Shown: positions 38,638 to 50,838, counted from the stretch's first letter. The stretch is DNA of 64,000 nt from Octopus sinensis (GCF_006345805.1 NC_043009.1:31930001-31994000), one strand, 5' to 3'. A program made the numbers and translations. Notes: a model not told the origin generated them from the letters alone.

Positions 38638-39760
38638 ATCTCAAAGACAGTTATATTCATGCATGAATCTGTGTGTATGTGGGCTCTATGAATGCGTGTG
38701 CCTGTGCGCGCACACACACACACACACACAAACACATGTATATTTATGCGGTGTCTCCTCCTTTCTGTGACACTTTGTATTCAGTTTTCACTTGGTCTCC
38801 TCTTTATAATCGCATACACAGTTTTTATTTCTTTGTTTATTTAAAGCATTACCCGCCCCCACCAACCTTTTCCTCTTCCCTTCCTTCTTCTCCATCACCA
38901 TCATCACCATCGTTATCATGATCATCACAGTTGTCATCATCATGGTCATCATCATCACCGCTGTCGTCGTCCTTACCATCAATACCACCACCACTGCCAT
39001 CATCATCTTCATCATTTTCATCATTAACATCATCAATGCCATCATCATCATCTTCATCATCATCACCATCATCATCCACATGAACACCACCACCACCACC
39101 ACCATCCTCATCATCATTATCCTCACCCTCCTCAACACCACCACCACCACTACCACCACCATCATCATCATCATCTTCACCGTCATCACGAGCATTCTGC
39201 TCTCTTTATCCCAGACTTCATATTATTCTTCGATAATTCCGCCCCCACCCCTTCATCCAATACACCATCCCAATTCCACCCCACCCCCATCTTTCGATGA
39301 TGCTCACCCCACTGGTTTCATATTAAAAGGACGTTGATCAGAATTAATAAAGTGTAGATGCTATGAAACTGGGGGGTGGTGATGGTGATGAGGTAGATGA
39401 TGGTGGGGTGGGACACTGAGGAAGGAATTTGGTGGGGTGGTGTTTAGAAGCACGAATGCTTTAGCCTCATTCAAAGAATGTGCACATGCATCTATTGTTG
39501 TCTCCTGCTGTCAGCGTCATCACTGAAATCCTCACACATCGACTTTTCCTACCACTACCACCACCACCACCACCACCACTACTCCCCACCACCACCACCA
39601 CCACCACTACCATCACCACCACCACCACCACCACCATCACGTCTACCACTGCCACCCTGCTAAAACTACTACCCACCCCCACTCCATCATCACTAACACC
39701 TCTACAAACAGTTGCACTACCACTACCACCATCATCATCATCATCATCATCAGTATCAGT
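34900..39760. repeat. Mosaic of trinucleotide (AAT, GAT, ACT, CAC, CAT) and (TA/CA) low-complexity tracts
   Basis: Directly visible; interrupted by short unique stretches and one SINE. Confidence 0.9.
36507..36818 (+). mobile_element. tRNA-derived SINE family C, tail type 2, ending in (AAAC)n
   Basis: Head and body shared with 31400-31772; different sequence after TTCCTGTTTCT. Confidence 0.85.
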
Positions 39761-42066
39761 TTTATCAGCATTGTTAGTGAGGGATCTTGTATGTAGTCTC
39801 TAGAACTGCCAGAAATAGCAACATATTTCCATTAAATCCTTCTCTATTTTAGGACATGTTGGATAATTTTTTCCTAAGTTTCTAGTATGTAAGAAAAAGA
39901 CAGGTTGATCACACTTGGATTGTCTTTGATTATGGGCGTATTTTCTCAGGACAGACCTAGGGCTAAACAACTGCAGAAAGCGACAAGTATCTCCTCCTCT
40001 CCCTCTCCCTATCCCTATCCAACATCATCTTTTCTTCTACCCCCATCAACACCATCATTTACATCAGACGATACAAATCCATACCATCTTCAGAACCACC
40101 TCCACCACCACCACCACCACCAGCAACAAGGACGTGCAACACTGCAATGTCAGTGCACAAGAGCACCAACACCAGTAATACTTCAGATATTTTATTTAAA
40201 TGATATTCAAATCAAATTGAAACCGATCATGGTGTTGCATAATTTTGGTCGATAGTGTGCTTTTGGCTGCATAACTATAGCTAATGTCAAGGGACCCTGC
40301 TGAAGGAGGAGTTGAAGAATGTAAAGCGTTGGTTTGGTGAAGAGGTGGGGGTTAGTTAGGGTTTTCAATTAATCGTGCCACTCCACCAATCGACCAACAC
40401 CACCAGTCCAAGAGAGAGAAAAGCAGGGATTGGGAAGTACAAGTTGGTTTGAATTGGAACTAAAACAATACGTGATAGATTCTACATATTCCTAAATGGG
40501 AATGCAAATGGCAGAAATGGTTTAGAATTGGAAGAATAATGTATGTCTTGGAATACCGAGAAATGGTAAATGGAGACAAGAATAGGATCAATGCTTTCTA
40601 CTATGACCAGTGTCAGGAGAAAATCTGCCATGTCGTCTGCTCTGCCAAAGTTCCAAATGATGAAGTAATATAATAAAACTGATAACAGTTCTGATTCTTC
40701 TGTGATTCTTGAAATAAAATATTAGTGGCTCAGATGGCTGATCCACATACCTCAGACTGATTGGGATATGATAAGAAAAGCAGCATGAAGGTGGAGCCTC
40801 CTTCCTCGTCATCATCAGTGCCATCATTATCATTTAACGTCCATTTTCCATGCTGACATGGGTTGGCTAGTTTGACTGGAGCTGGAAAACTCAGGAGTGA
40901 CACCAGGTTCCATTGTCTGTTTAGCATGGTTTCTACAGCTGGATGCTCTGCCTAACACCAACCACTTTACAGAGTGTACTAGACGCTTTTTGCGTGGCAC
41001 CAGCACCAACAGAGTCACTAAGTACCTTGCAAGACAAAAAGCTCCTCAACTGGGAGGGAAAGGGACAAAGAATACCTGGTATAGAAAAATTGAAGATAAA
41101 CTAAATGGGAAATGTATGGTGCAAAGAACAGAGAGACATTAAAGACAGGAATGGTTGGTACTGAATTGTCAAAGCTTCATTCCTCATTTGGGATGAAGAG
41201 GATTAAATAAATGACAAGAAATTCTATAATTAAAATAATGGTCTCAAATTTTGGCATAAGGCCAGCCAGTTTAGGGAGAAGGGGCCAACCTATTCCATCA
41301 ACATCAATACTTGACTAATATCTTATTTTATCAACTCCAAAAAGATAAAAGGCAAAGTTGACCCCAGCAGAATTTGAACTCAGAACATGAAGCGCTGAAA
41401 GAAATGCTGCCACATGTTCTGTCTGAAGCACCAACTATTCAACCAGTTTGCCAATGGAAATAATTCTTTCTTATTTTGGCATGGAATTTTGTCTGACTTT
41501 TGTCAAGTGATTCTTCCAAAAAGCCACTCTATATGATAATAATCTTTTTAACTCAAGGCACAATGCCTGAAATTTACCAGGAGGATATTAGTTGGTTACT
41601 TCAATCGCAGTGCATAAATGGTACTTACTCTATCAACCCTCCCTCATTTCAGTATGAAAGGCAGTTTCAAACTCAGAACAAAAAGACAGACAAAATGCCA
41701 CAAAGTATTTTGTCCATGTAAGTTAGCTTCTTCACTTTTGTCCATTCTGTAAGTTAGCTTCTTCACTGTGTATCACGATAATAATGATTTTTTCCTAATA
41801 ACCGAAATAACTGCTTTTGTAAATATTTAATCAAATCTTTTTATGTTCTGAGTTCAAATCTTACCAAAGTCAACTTTATATTCAATTCTCCTTAAAGCAA
41901 TGACAAATAAAATCCAACTCATTTTTTTCCCAATTAAATGGCCTAAATTTTTTCCATAAGATGTAGTATTTTTTTTTTTGCACCAAAGAAATCAATAAAT
42001 TTACTAGTATTACTTCCAGATCAATACACGGCTATTGATCTGGTCATTCATAACTATTTAAGAAGG

Positions 42067-42217
42067 TACATTTTTTACATTATTTACATTTAACGGATAT
42101 TTGTCCTCATCTTGTTTGTTGCTAACACCATGTTTCAGCTGATGTACCCTCCAGCTTTCATCAGGTGTCTTGGGGAAATCTCAAACCTGGGTTCTCATTC
42201 CTAAGGTATTTTTCGAA

Positions 42218-42308
<91 letters not shown>

Positions 42309-42332
42309 TCACTGCCTGGAATTGAACTGTAG
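42067..42332 (-). mobile_element. HHR-bearing repeat, copy D (head truncated)
   Basis: Minus strand GACAC-CTGATGA-A-AGCTG..CAGCT-GAAACATG-GTGTT (42124-42169); 9-bp direct repeat TTAAGAAGG at 42058-42066 and 42333-42341. Confidence 0.85.
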
Positions 42333-42803
42333 TTAAGAAGGCTTACCTACACCTCTCATTTGCAAGTATTTGGTGGGGTGTTTTTATGTTTGTATCTCCA
42401 ACTTCATCAACAAAAAAACAACACTTTTTTTTTTCATCATTTAAGCCTCTCAATGGATTCAGGCATTTTGTAAAGGAATTAACAGAATTTATTCATTTGG
42501 TGGTGTGGCATCAGCAAAAACCAAGGATCCAGACTAATACGATGATGATGGTGATGATGATGATGGTAATAACTATCATCATTACCATTACCACCATTGC
42601 CATCATCATTGTCATTCCCCTGCCACCACTACCACTACCATCACCATCACCATCACCATATCATCATCGTCATCATTACTGTCATTGTCATCAACATCAT
42701 CAGCAATATCTTCACCATCATCATCAGCAGCAGCAGCAGCAATATCTTCATCGTCGTCGTCGTCATAACCCATCATCAACAACAAAATTGTCGTCATTGT
42801 TAT

Positions 42804-42835
<32 letters not shown>

Positions 42836-43327
42836 TCATCCACAGCAGAGTCAGAGGTAGATAAGAGAAATGTTAATTGCATGTCTTCTGAAAATATAGC
42901 TAATTATCTATTCATATATTCTGTCGGCCCCCAAAATTAAAATATATTCGCCAATAAAGCATTATCTTATTTGACACTTCATTTGCATTTATTCTCCTCC
43001 ATTATTAACACAAACAAAATACAGCTTCATAAAATACAGTTTCCAATCAAGATTGTCTATCGTCAGATGTAATATATTTTGTTATTTAATGAAGTAAATA
43101 GACTCTAAATATTTTCTCTTTCTTTTCGTTATTATATTCAAATTTTGCTTTAAGTTCAATTAATTTGCTAATATTTTTTTCTATTATATTTTGTTGTTGT
43201 TTGTTTTAGTTATTAAGTTGAAGTGAATTATATATACATAATTCTGTGATAAAAACTTGGAATCTCATTTAGCAGTTATGTAATACGAGGACAATGATGT
43301 GATAGAAACCATCAGCTTCATAACGTC

Positions 43328-43412
43328 AGGTAAGAACTTATACCCTCATCTAGGTAACCTATATGCACATTCAGGTAACCTGTACTCTCATCCAGGTAAC
43401 TGATACCCTCAA
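43328..43412 (+). repeat. Degenerate 21-bp minisatellite, about 4 units
   Basis: AGGTAACCTGTACTCTCATCC-like units. Confidence 0.75.
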
Positions 43413-43544
43413 ACCATCTTTACCATATGAGGAACGCAACAGTCAAGGAAGAATTAAGTTTGAAATCTGGTTTAAACTGATTGTTTAAAATCAATGTCGT
43501 TTGTACCTTCAATGAGCCAGGGATACATAACTCTTTTACTTTCT

Positions 43545-44245
43545 TCAGTCATTTGACTGTGGCCATGCTGGAGCACCTCCTTTAATCAAACAAATTGACC
43601 CCATGACTTATTATTTCTAAGCCCATTACTCATTATATCGGACTCTTGTACTGAACTGCTAAGTTACAGAGACGTAAACACACCAATATTGGTTGCCAAG
43701 TGATGGTGGGAGAACAAACAAACAAATAGAAATACATGCATATATATATGTATGTATGTGGAGGTTATGAGTGGCAATGGTGTCAGTAAGACCAAAAGGG
43801 GTCAGGTAATGCTGAGTAAGTGCTATGGATAGACCATAGTTAAGCTCCAGGTTTGGTGATTATGCGAATAAGGTGTCCAACGTAGGTCATATATCAGCGT
43901 GTGTATATATAAAATTTTTTTTATCAGAATGAGATAAAAAGCCAAGGCTGTGAAGATTTTAGAACATTTATGAATAGATGTTCTAAAATCTTCACAGCCT
44001 TTGTTTTTATCTCATTCTGAAAAAAAATTTTTTTATATATATATGTATGTATGTGTGTTTATATATATATATATATATATACACAATGGGCTTCTTACCA
44101 GTTTCTGTCTACCAAATCCACTCACAAGGCTTTGGTCAACACAAGGCTATAGCAGAAGATACTTGGCGAAGGTGCCACACAATGGGACTGAACCTGGAAC
44201 CATGTGTTTGGGAGGCAAGCTTCTTACCACACAACCGCTGCTGTG
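43545..44245 (-). mobile_element. SINE family A split by an insertion inside its internal microsatellite
   Basis: 3' half at 43545-43740 and 5' half at 44080-44245; foreign sequence, including a palindrome, lies between them. Confidence 0.75.
43905..44040. repeat. Near-perfect palindrome (~65-bp arms)
   Basis: AAGGCTGTGAAGATTTTAGAACAT (43944-43967) is the exact reverse complement of 43978-44001; an outer 17-bp stem TCAGAATGAGATAAAAA also pairs. Confidence 0.92.
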
Positions 44246-44366
44246 TGCCTATACATTCTGTATAATTTCAAAAATAATTGTTTTATGGTTGTCATTTATG
44301 ACCACCTGGTCAGGAAGCAAATTTCTTATCACGTTACCACACCTGAGCCTAGACACATTTAGGAGT

Positions 44367-44429
<63 letters not shown>

Positions 44430-44656
44430 CCTATCAATACCAGGTCTGCCTGACTGGCTTCTGTGTCGGTGGCACATAAAAAGCACTTACTACACTCTCA
44501 GAATTGTTGGCATTAGGAAGGGCACCAAGCTGTAGAAACATTACCAGATCATACTGAAGCCTGGTGCAGCCGCAGGTTCTCCAGACCTCAGTTAAACCAT
44601 CCAATCATGCCAGCATGGAAAACTGACATTAAACGATGATGATGACGATAATGATA

Positions 44657-44688
<32 letters not shown>

Positions 44689-45083
44689 CAAAAAAGAGTG
44701 AAAATATTACAGAAGACTTGTGTTATATGGTAAAAGAATATATTCAAATTGTTGTGTTAGATAAGTGTTATAAGATTTTGCATATCACAATGTTACTATA
44801 CGCAAAATTTTCTAACATTTTTCTAACATAACAATTTGAATATATTCTTTAACCATATAACACAAGCCTTCTGTAGTTTTTTTCACTTTATTTTGTCTTT
44901 TATATATCTAACCACGTGCTTTCTCATATCAACTCTCTCACCTATATATTTATATATATATATATATATATATATAGGAGATAAATAAAATATATGCATA
45001 CATACAAACATATATGTACGTACCTACATCTACATGTATATATACATGCATATATAAATAATTATACGGAAGTACAGGACATA

Positions 45084-45116
<33 letters not shown>

Positions 45117-45169
45117 ATATACATATATATATATCATTATACTCATCGTCATCATTGTTACCATCATCG

Positions 45170-45217
<48 letters not shown>

Positions 45218-45566
45218 CTATTACCATCATCATTGCCATTTAACAAGCATTGCCCATGGTACATGAGCAGGCATGCACATATATAGTTAAAATAGGGAAT
45301 CCTCACCAGTTTTTCTCCCAGACATTTCTTTCATAGATTTATAGTTTTCAAAACATGATATTTTGAAAGTTCTTGTCAAATATTTCATATTGAACCATTC
45401 CCATTTAAATTTCAAAAACTGAATCTATTTTGAATTAACTGCATCACTTGTTTTATTAACTCTAGCAGACCAAAGTAGCATTTGAACTATAAAAAAAAAA
45501 AAAAAAAAACACAATGAATTCCTGCCTCATTACTGTTGTCTAATTTGTTTAATGTTTCAGGCATGG

Positions 45567-45600
<34 letters not shown>

Positions 45601-45879
45601 TAATGCTGTTACCATTGTTTATGCTGCTCTGACAGTTTTCAAAGCTGCCATTTTTTTTCTCTGATATTCTCTGTATTCACAGGTTGGATTTGCCTTAAAA
45701 GGTCTCAATAAATAACTCAACTCTTTTACCAAATGCTGCGCCCAAAAGCAGAGGACATGACTGGCATTTGGAAGGGCATCCAGCCATAGAAACTCTGCCA
45801 AAACTGATACTGAAGGTTGATGCCATCTTGCAACTCATCAGATCCTATCAAACCTTCCAATGTATGCCAGCATGGGCAA

Positions 45880-46210
45880 CGCTCGTTAAATGACAATGAT
45901 GATGATGACGATGAGGATAACGATGATGATGATGATGATGATGATGTTGAGGATGATGATGAGGATGATGATGATGATGATGATGTTGATGATGATGATG
46001 ATGATGATGATGACGACGATGAGGATAACGATGTTGATGATGATGATGATGATGATGACGAGGATAATGATGTTGATGATGATGATAATGATGATGTTGA
46101 TGATGATGATGACGATGATGATAATGATGTTGATGATGATGATGATGATGACGATGACAATGACAACAATGATGACGACAACGATGATGACGACAACGAC
46201 GATGATGATA
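45880..46210. repeat. Expanded (GAT)n tail of a family D repeat
   Basis: Directly follows the family D 3' end (..GCATGGGCAACGCTCGTTAAA). Confidence 0.9.
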
Positions 46211-47421
46211 TTTGTTTTCCATAATTTCTGATATGAGGTTTCCTGACCAAATACCCTCCCTATCACCGACACATTGCCAGCCTGAACTGGCTGCATTCTA
46301 TCAAACTCCCGCCATTTTCAATGTCTCACACACTTCCTTTCTCCTGCCCACATGTAAATGGAAAAAAAAACCCAACTGAATGTTGTAACATTCATGGCTT
46401 TTTCAAAGACAAAAGCAACAGAAGTGAATTATCTTCAGCCCAAAGATAAATACCAAACAGCAGATTTAATTCAGTGGAAAAAAAAAAGAGAAAGATTCCT
46501 TTTGATCCCTGGCACCATCTTTTAGACATATCGACATTGTTAAAGCGCAGATTTTGTTTCGTTTTTTTTTCAAACATTATCTTGGTTTCTTGAAGAGACA
46601 TAAAGAGTTACTCTTCAATAAAACTGAGAATTTATAGTTTCAAAATTTAAAGCATTTGATATTAAGGGAATGAAGTAATGTTTACTAGCAAGGAGCCATA
46701 TTGGAAACATGCATTTAGATCAAAGAGATGGCAAAAGGAACAACAGAAGAAGCGGCATACGCATCACTCCCTGAATGCTGTTTTAATAATTGGCAGGCAG
46801 CCATATTGTAAGCTGACACTAGATCAAAGACTGTCCACAACATTATCGCATTATCAGCAAATTTTTTTATGCAGTAAGTGATCTTTGAGCCTAACTCTAG
46901 AATTGGGAAACTAAATCTAAAATATGTTTACATTTCAAACAATTTTATTTCCCCAAATCATGAGATTTGGGGTATATTGTCTTGCTGATGATGACATTGG
47001 AATTACAAATGTAGCAGTGGCATCTTTTTCCTTTTATCTGCTAAAAACAACCATTTTATTTTTCAGTGTTCACAGACTCGAGAGAGGTGGAGATAATAAC
47101 AGATACTAAGTCGCAGATAAGTAGATACATACACACGTACAGACAACTACACTAAGAGAGTGAGAGAGAGAGAGAGAGAGAGATACAGAGAGTAGAGAGG
47201 GTGAAAGAATAGAAATTTAGATAGGTAGGTAAGATAGACAGAGATATATATACACACAGACATATATATATGTATATTGTTATATATATATCATTATCAG
47301 CAATTTCATCATTGTTTTAACAGCCTCTTTTCAATGTTCATTGATCCAAGAGCGATAGAGATGGTTAGAAAGACAGATAAGTAGATATACACATATATAA
47401 ATAAATCCTCTGATAGAGAGC

Positions 47422-47462
<41 letters not shown>

Positions 47463-48734
47463 GGCTGGAGACAGATAAGCAACAATATGCAGATAGATGG
47501 CAAGACAGATAGGCAGACATACGCACTCTCATATCCACATATACACACAAGAAGCTATGTAGGCGGATAACAATGAGAATGTATGTAATGGTAGAAAAAG
47601 CAGTCATTCTGGTATAAAATATGTGGTGCTGGTGAAGCCAGTATTTTTCCCTGTTGCGGAAAGTTTAATAGTAAAGCAGGCACTAGGACACATGTTTTAG
47701 TAAGGCATAAAAATTTAATTAGTATTTACAGCCACAATGATAAGAATATTTATTGTCTTAATCATTAATTAAGGTAAAAAAATATCAGGGGTGACAAGCG
47801 TTGGAAATTTAATTAAATGAAATAAATCAAATATGAAATACAGTAGAAGTGAGTGAGTTTGATCTTTAGCAACAGGGAGATAACTCCTTCCTATTTCAGT
47901 CTTATTAGACCTAATCAGAAAAACAGTGACTGCAATATATGAGAATGACTAGAGAGATATGAATATTTCATGTTGTGGTAACTTAAAAGAAAGAGTAAAC
48001 TGGAAATACTCAGGGTCACCTCCTGCATGGAATATGACTGCAAATGGTACACATTCAGTTTTATTCTGTTGCTGCAATAAAGGTCTCTGTTTCTCAGAGT
48101 TGAGTGGTTTCATTCTTCTATCACTCAGTACCTCCAAGACTTTTGTCTTTTTTACCTTTCATCACCCTTGTTACATTTACCACCATCACCACCACCACAC
48201 AACCGCCACCACCACCACCACTGCCCTCCCACAGTAACTGCTTTTCTCTGTCCTTTCTCCCCAAATCATTAGTTTTCTGGAATCTTCCCCCATCCTTGTG
48301 TTCTTCCTGCCCTTGTCAAGCAGCCACAGTATAAACAGAACATGAATCTCAATAGTCCAGGAGGTCTTGCAGATGTTATGGGTACTGCCCATTCTTTCAG
48401 ACTTGGGAATAAAAATAAAAAAGATTACTGGGAACTTTCTGTAGAAAACAGAATTTGGTCAGAGAGAAAAAGTATGAATCTCATTTCAAAAATCCCATGG
48501 GTCTGTATCAGGGTTATATTCATCACCAGCCCCTAAAAAGTGATGGGGTATATAAATGTGGTACTAGTCTTTGTGTGGTGGATTTAATTAAAAGGAAAAA
48601 GGAAAGGTATGAGGCAAGGGCTCAACAGAATATAAGGGAGTTGAAGATGAGAAATGGTTGAGCAGCATATGTTCCTTTAACATAACAAAAAATGCTGTTT
48701 TAGTTGAGGGAGAAAATCTTTACAGGTCTAAATT

Positions 48735-49180
48735 CAAGAGATGAGGAATTATGTACATTATTTACCTTATTTACATTATTTACATTTAACGGATATTTGT
48801 CCTCATCATGTTTGTTGTTAACATAATGTTTCAGGTAAATTTCGAACCTGTGTTCTCATTCCATGGTATTTTTCGATGTTATTATTACTACTATTATTAT
48901 TATTCAGTAGTTTTATTTTTATAGCGTGCTTTCACTTCACTACCGAGTGCAGCTCTGTGTGCCTTGGGTATGTGCTGTGATTTGTTGTGATGCTCTGATG
49001 GTTATTGTATGGAAAGTGTTCATTATTATTATTATTATTATATTATTATTATTATTATCATCATTATCATTATTATTCAGGTCACTGCCTAGAATTGAAC
49101 TCGGAATCTTGGGGTTAGTAGCCTGCACTCTTAACCACTTCACCATATGCTTGTCAAATGTAAATAATGTAAATAAGGTA
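48735..49180 (-). mobile_element. HHR-family repeat, copy E (HHR core deleted; inverted tail; nested insertion)
   Basis: Head at 49075-49150; 28-nt inverted repeat at 48763-48790 and 49153-49180; the core between GTTTC and AAATTTCG is missing. Confidence 0.85.
48907..49020 (-). mobile_element. Short 3'-UTR fragment of an R4/Dong-like element inserted in the (AAT)n spacer of copy E
   Basis: Minus strand CCCAAGG..CACTCGGTAGTGAAGTGAAAGCA matches CCCTAGG..CACTCGGCAAGAAATGGAAGCA in the 3' UTR at 24915-24955; (AAT)n on both sides. Confidence 0.6.
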
Positions 49181-50543
49181 AGCAAATCTTTAGTTCTAAA
49201 CAGACAGAATCTAGTTTAAGTGCAGTATTTAATGACTTTAATACAATCAGTCTAATCTAAATATCAAGTTCAAATTTTGGCCCAAGGTCAATAGGTTTGG
49301 GAAAGCAGGGCAAGTCAATTAAATCAGCCCCCAGTGTTTCACTGGTGCTCATTTTATCGACCCTGTAAGGATGAAAGGTAAAGTTGACCTTGACAGAATT
49401 TGAACCCATAAAGTTAGCCCAGACGAAATACTGCTGAGCATTCTGCCCAGCATGCTAACAATTCTGTCAGCTTGCTGCTTTCTTTTTTCTAAATATTAAC
49501 TTTGTTGATTTTGTTGTTCTTTTATTCTGAGTCAACATTGATTAACCTTACCTATGATTGAAGACATTCCCTCTGTGACCATCCCATCAATTTTTACATT
49601 TTAGTAATACAATTTGAATTTTGTCTTTCCTTAATTTAAGACACTTGGCTGTGATTTTCAGGAAAATTTTCTATTCTTGTGATGAAGTGGAATTGCCTTT
49701 GTGACCAAGTTGCAGTTGGTGCAATGAAAATTTTGACACCAAACAATAAATGTTTAAGTGACATTAAAATGCTTTGCATGTCTTTGAATGGCCAATCAGT
49801 GCATCACATGCTGTAATTGTTTTAGTTTCAAGACATGGTCTCAGACAAAATCACTACGAATTTCACCTGGAAAATCTCTATTTATAATTAGTCAAGAATC
49901 CATGTAGAAGCTCCTTTGTAAGTTCATGAAATATATTTACTAAAAGAATTCTGTGGAACCAAATCTACAGACTTAGCATTGAACAACCATTTTTCTTCAG
50001 TCAAAATCTATTGATTCACGTTGCTCTAATCAGAAAGATATTGTCATTTATTTCATGACTCTCTCATCTTATTCCTTAATAGTTATTAAATTATTTGATA
50101 TAATAATTTATCTCATTTGTTTAATCTCTTTTTCATGAGACTCTATCTAATAATTGCAATTAATACAGCATTATCTTGAGGTCAACCAGTTCACAGACAT
50201 GAATAACAAGAGATTAAACAGAATTCTCATGTCCAACTGACAAATGTTGATGTCTAGTGAAGGACACAGCAGCTTTGGTAACCACATTTTTATAGACTTG
50301 TGTAACTTCAACATGAACAGACATTACACCAATTAGTAACGTTAACATACATTTAAAAACTATTAAATGATTATGTAAGCCAGACTTTTGTGCAATTCAA
50401 GGATTGCACCAGATCTGTTGTATTCAATTCACTTTACTTTCACCATTTCTAGACTCACAGTCATTACTTATTTCTTTACTACCCACAAGGGGCTAAACAC
50501 AGAGAGGACAAACAAGGACAGACAAATGGATTAAGTCAATTGT

Positions 50544-50838
50544 CCCTTCTTGAGCCATGCCTGGCTCATAAGGGCCGGTTTCCCGGTTTCTTGGCGTGTA
50601 GGTTCCCCACCTGGACGGGACGCCGGTCCGTTGCAGGTGAGCTGCAAGATGCAGGAGGAAAGAGGGAGAGAAAGTTGTGGCGAAAGAATCAGCAGAAGTT
50701 TGCCATTACCTTCTGCCGGAGCTGTGTGGAGCTTAGGTGTTTCGCTCATAAACACACACATCGCCCATTCTGATATTCGAACCCGCGATCCCTCGACCAC
50801 GAGTCCACTGCTCTAACCACTAGGCCATGTGCCTCCAT
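50544..50838 (-). mobile_element. SINE family C, tail type 3, nested in a family B copy (50470-51010)
   Basis: 15-bp TSD GATTAAGTCAATTGT (50529-50543) and GATTATGTCGATTGT (50839-50853). Confidence 0.88.

Noticed and set aside
35580-39803. Poly-Thr, poly-His, poly-Pro and poly-Val ORFs
   Set aside because: These are trinucleotide low-complexity tracts open in many frames on both strands, with no recognisable domain.
40751-40756. Possible 6-nt microexon on the minus strand (pyrimidine tract-CAG|TCTGAG|GTATGT)
   Set aside because: It abuts a retro-repeat tail, such matches are common by chance, and there is no host gene evidence.
41709-41767. Short local tandem duplications (also about 14815-14850 and 55005-55200)
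   Set aside because: Ordinary slippage duplications of two units with unique, non-spacer structure; not CRISPR-like.
45726-46296. Poly-Asp, poly-Ser, poly-His and poly-Met ORFs in several frames, with a recurring GAG-GAT-AAC-GAT-GTT sub-pattern
   Set aside because: This is the (GAT)n tail of a retro-repeat; the sub-pattern is explained by local slippage duplication, and no splice or start context is present.
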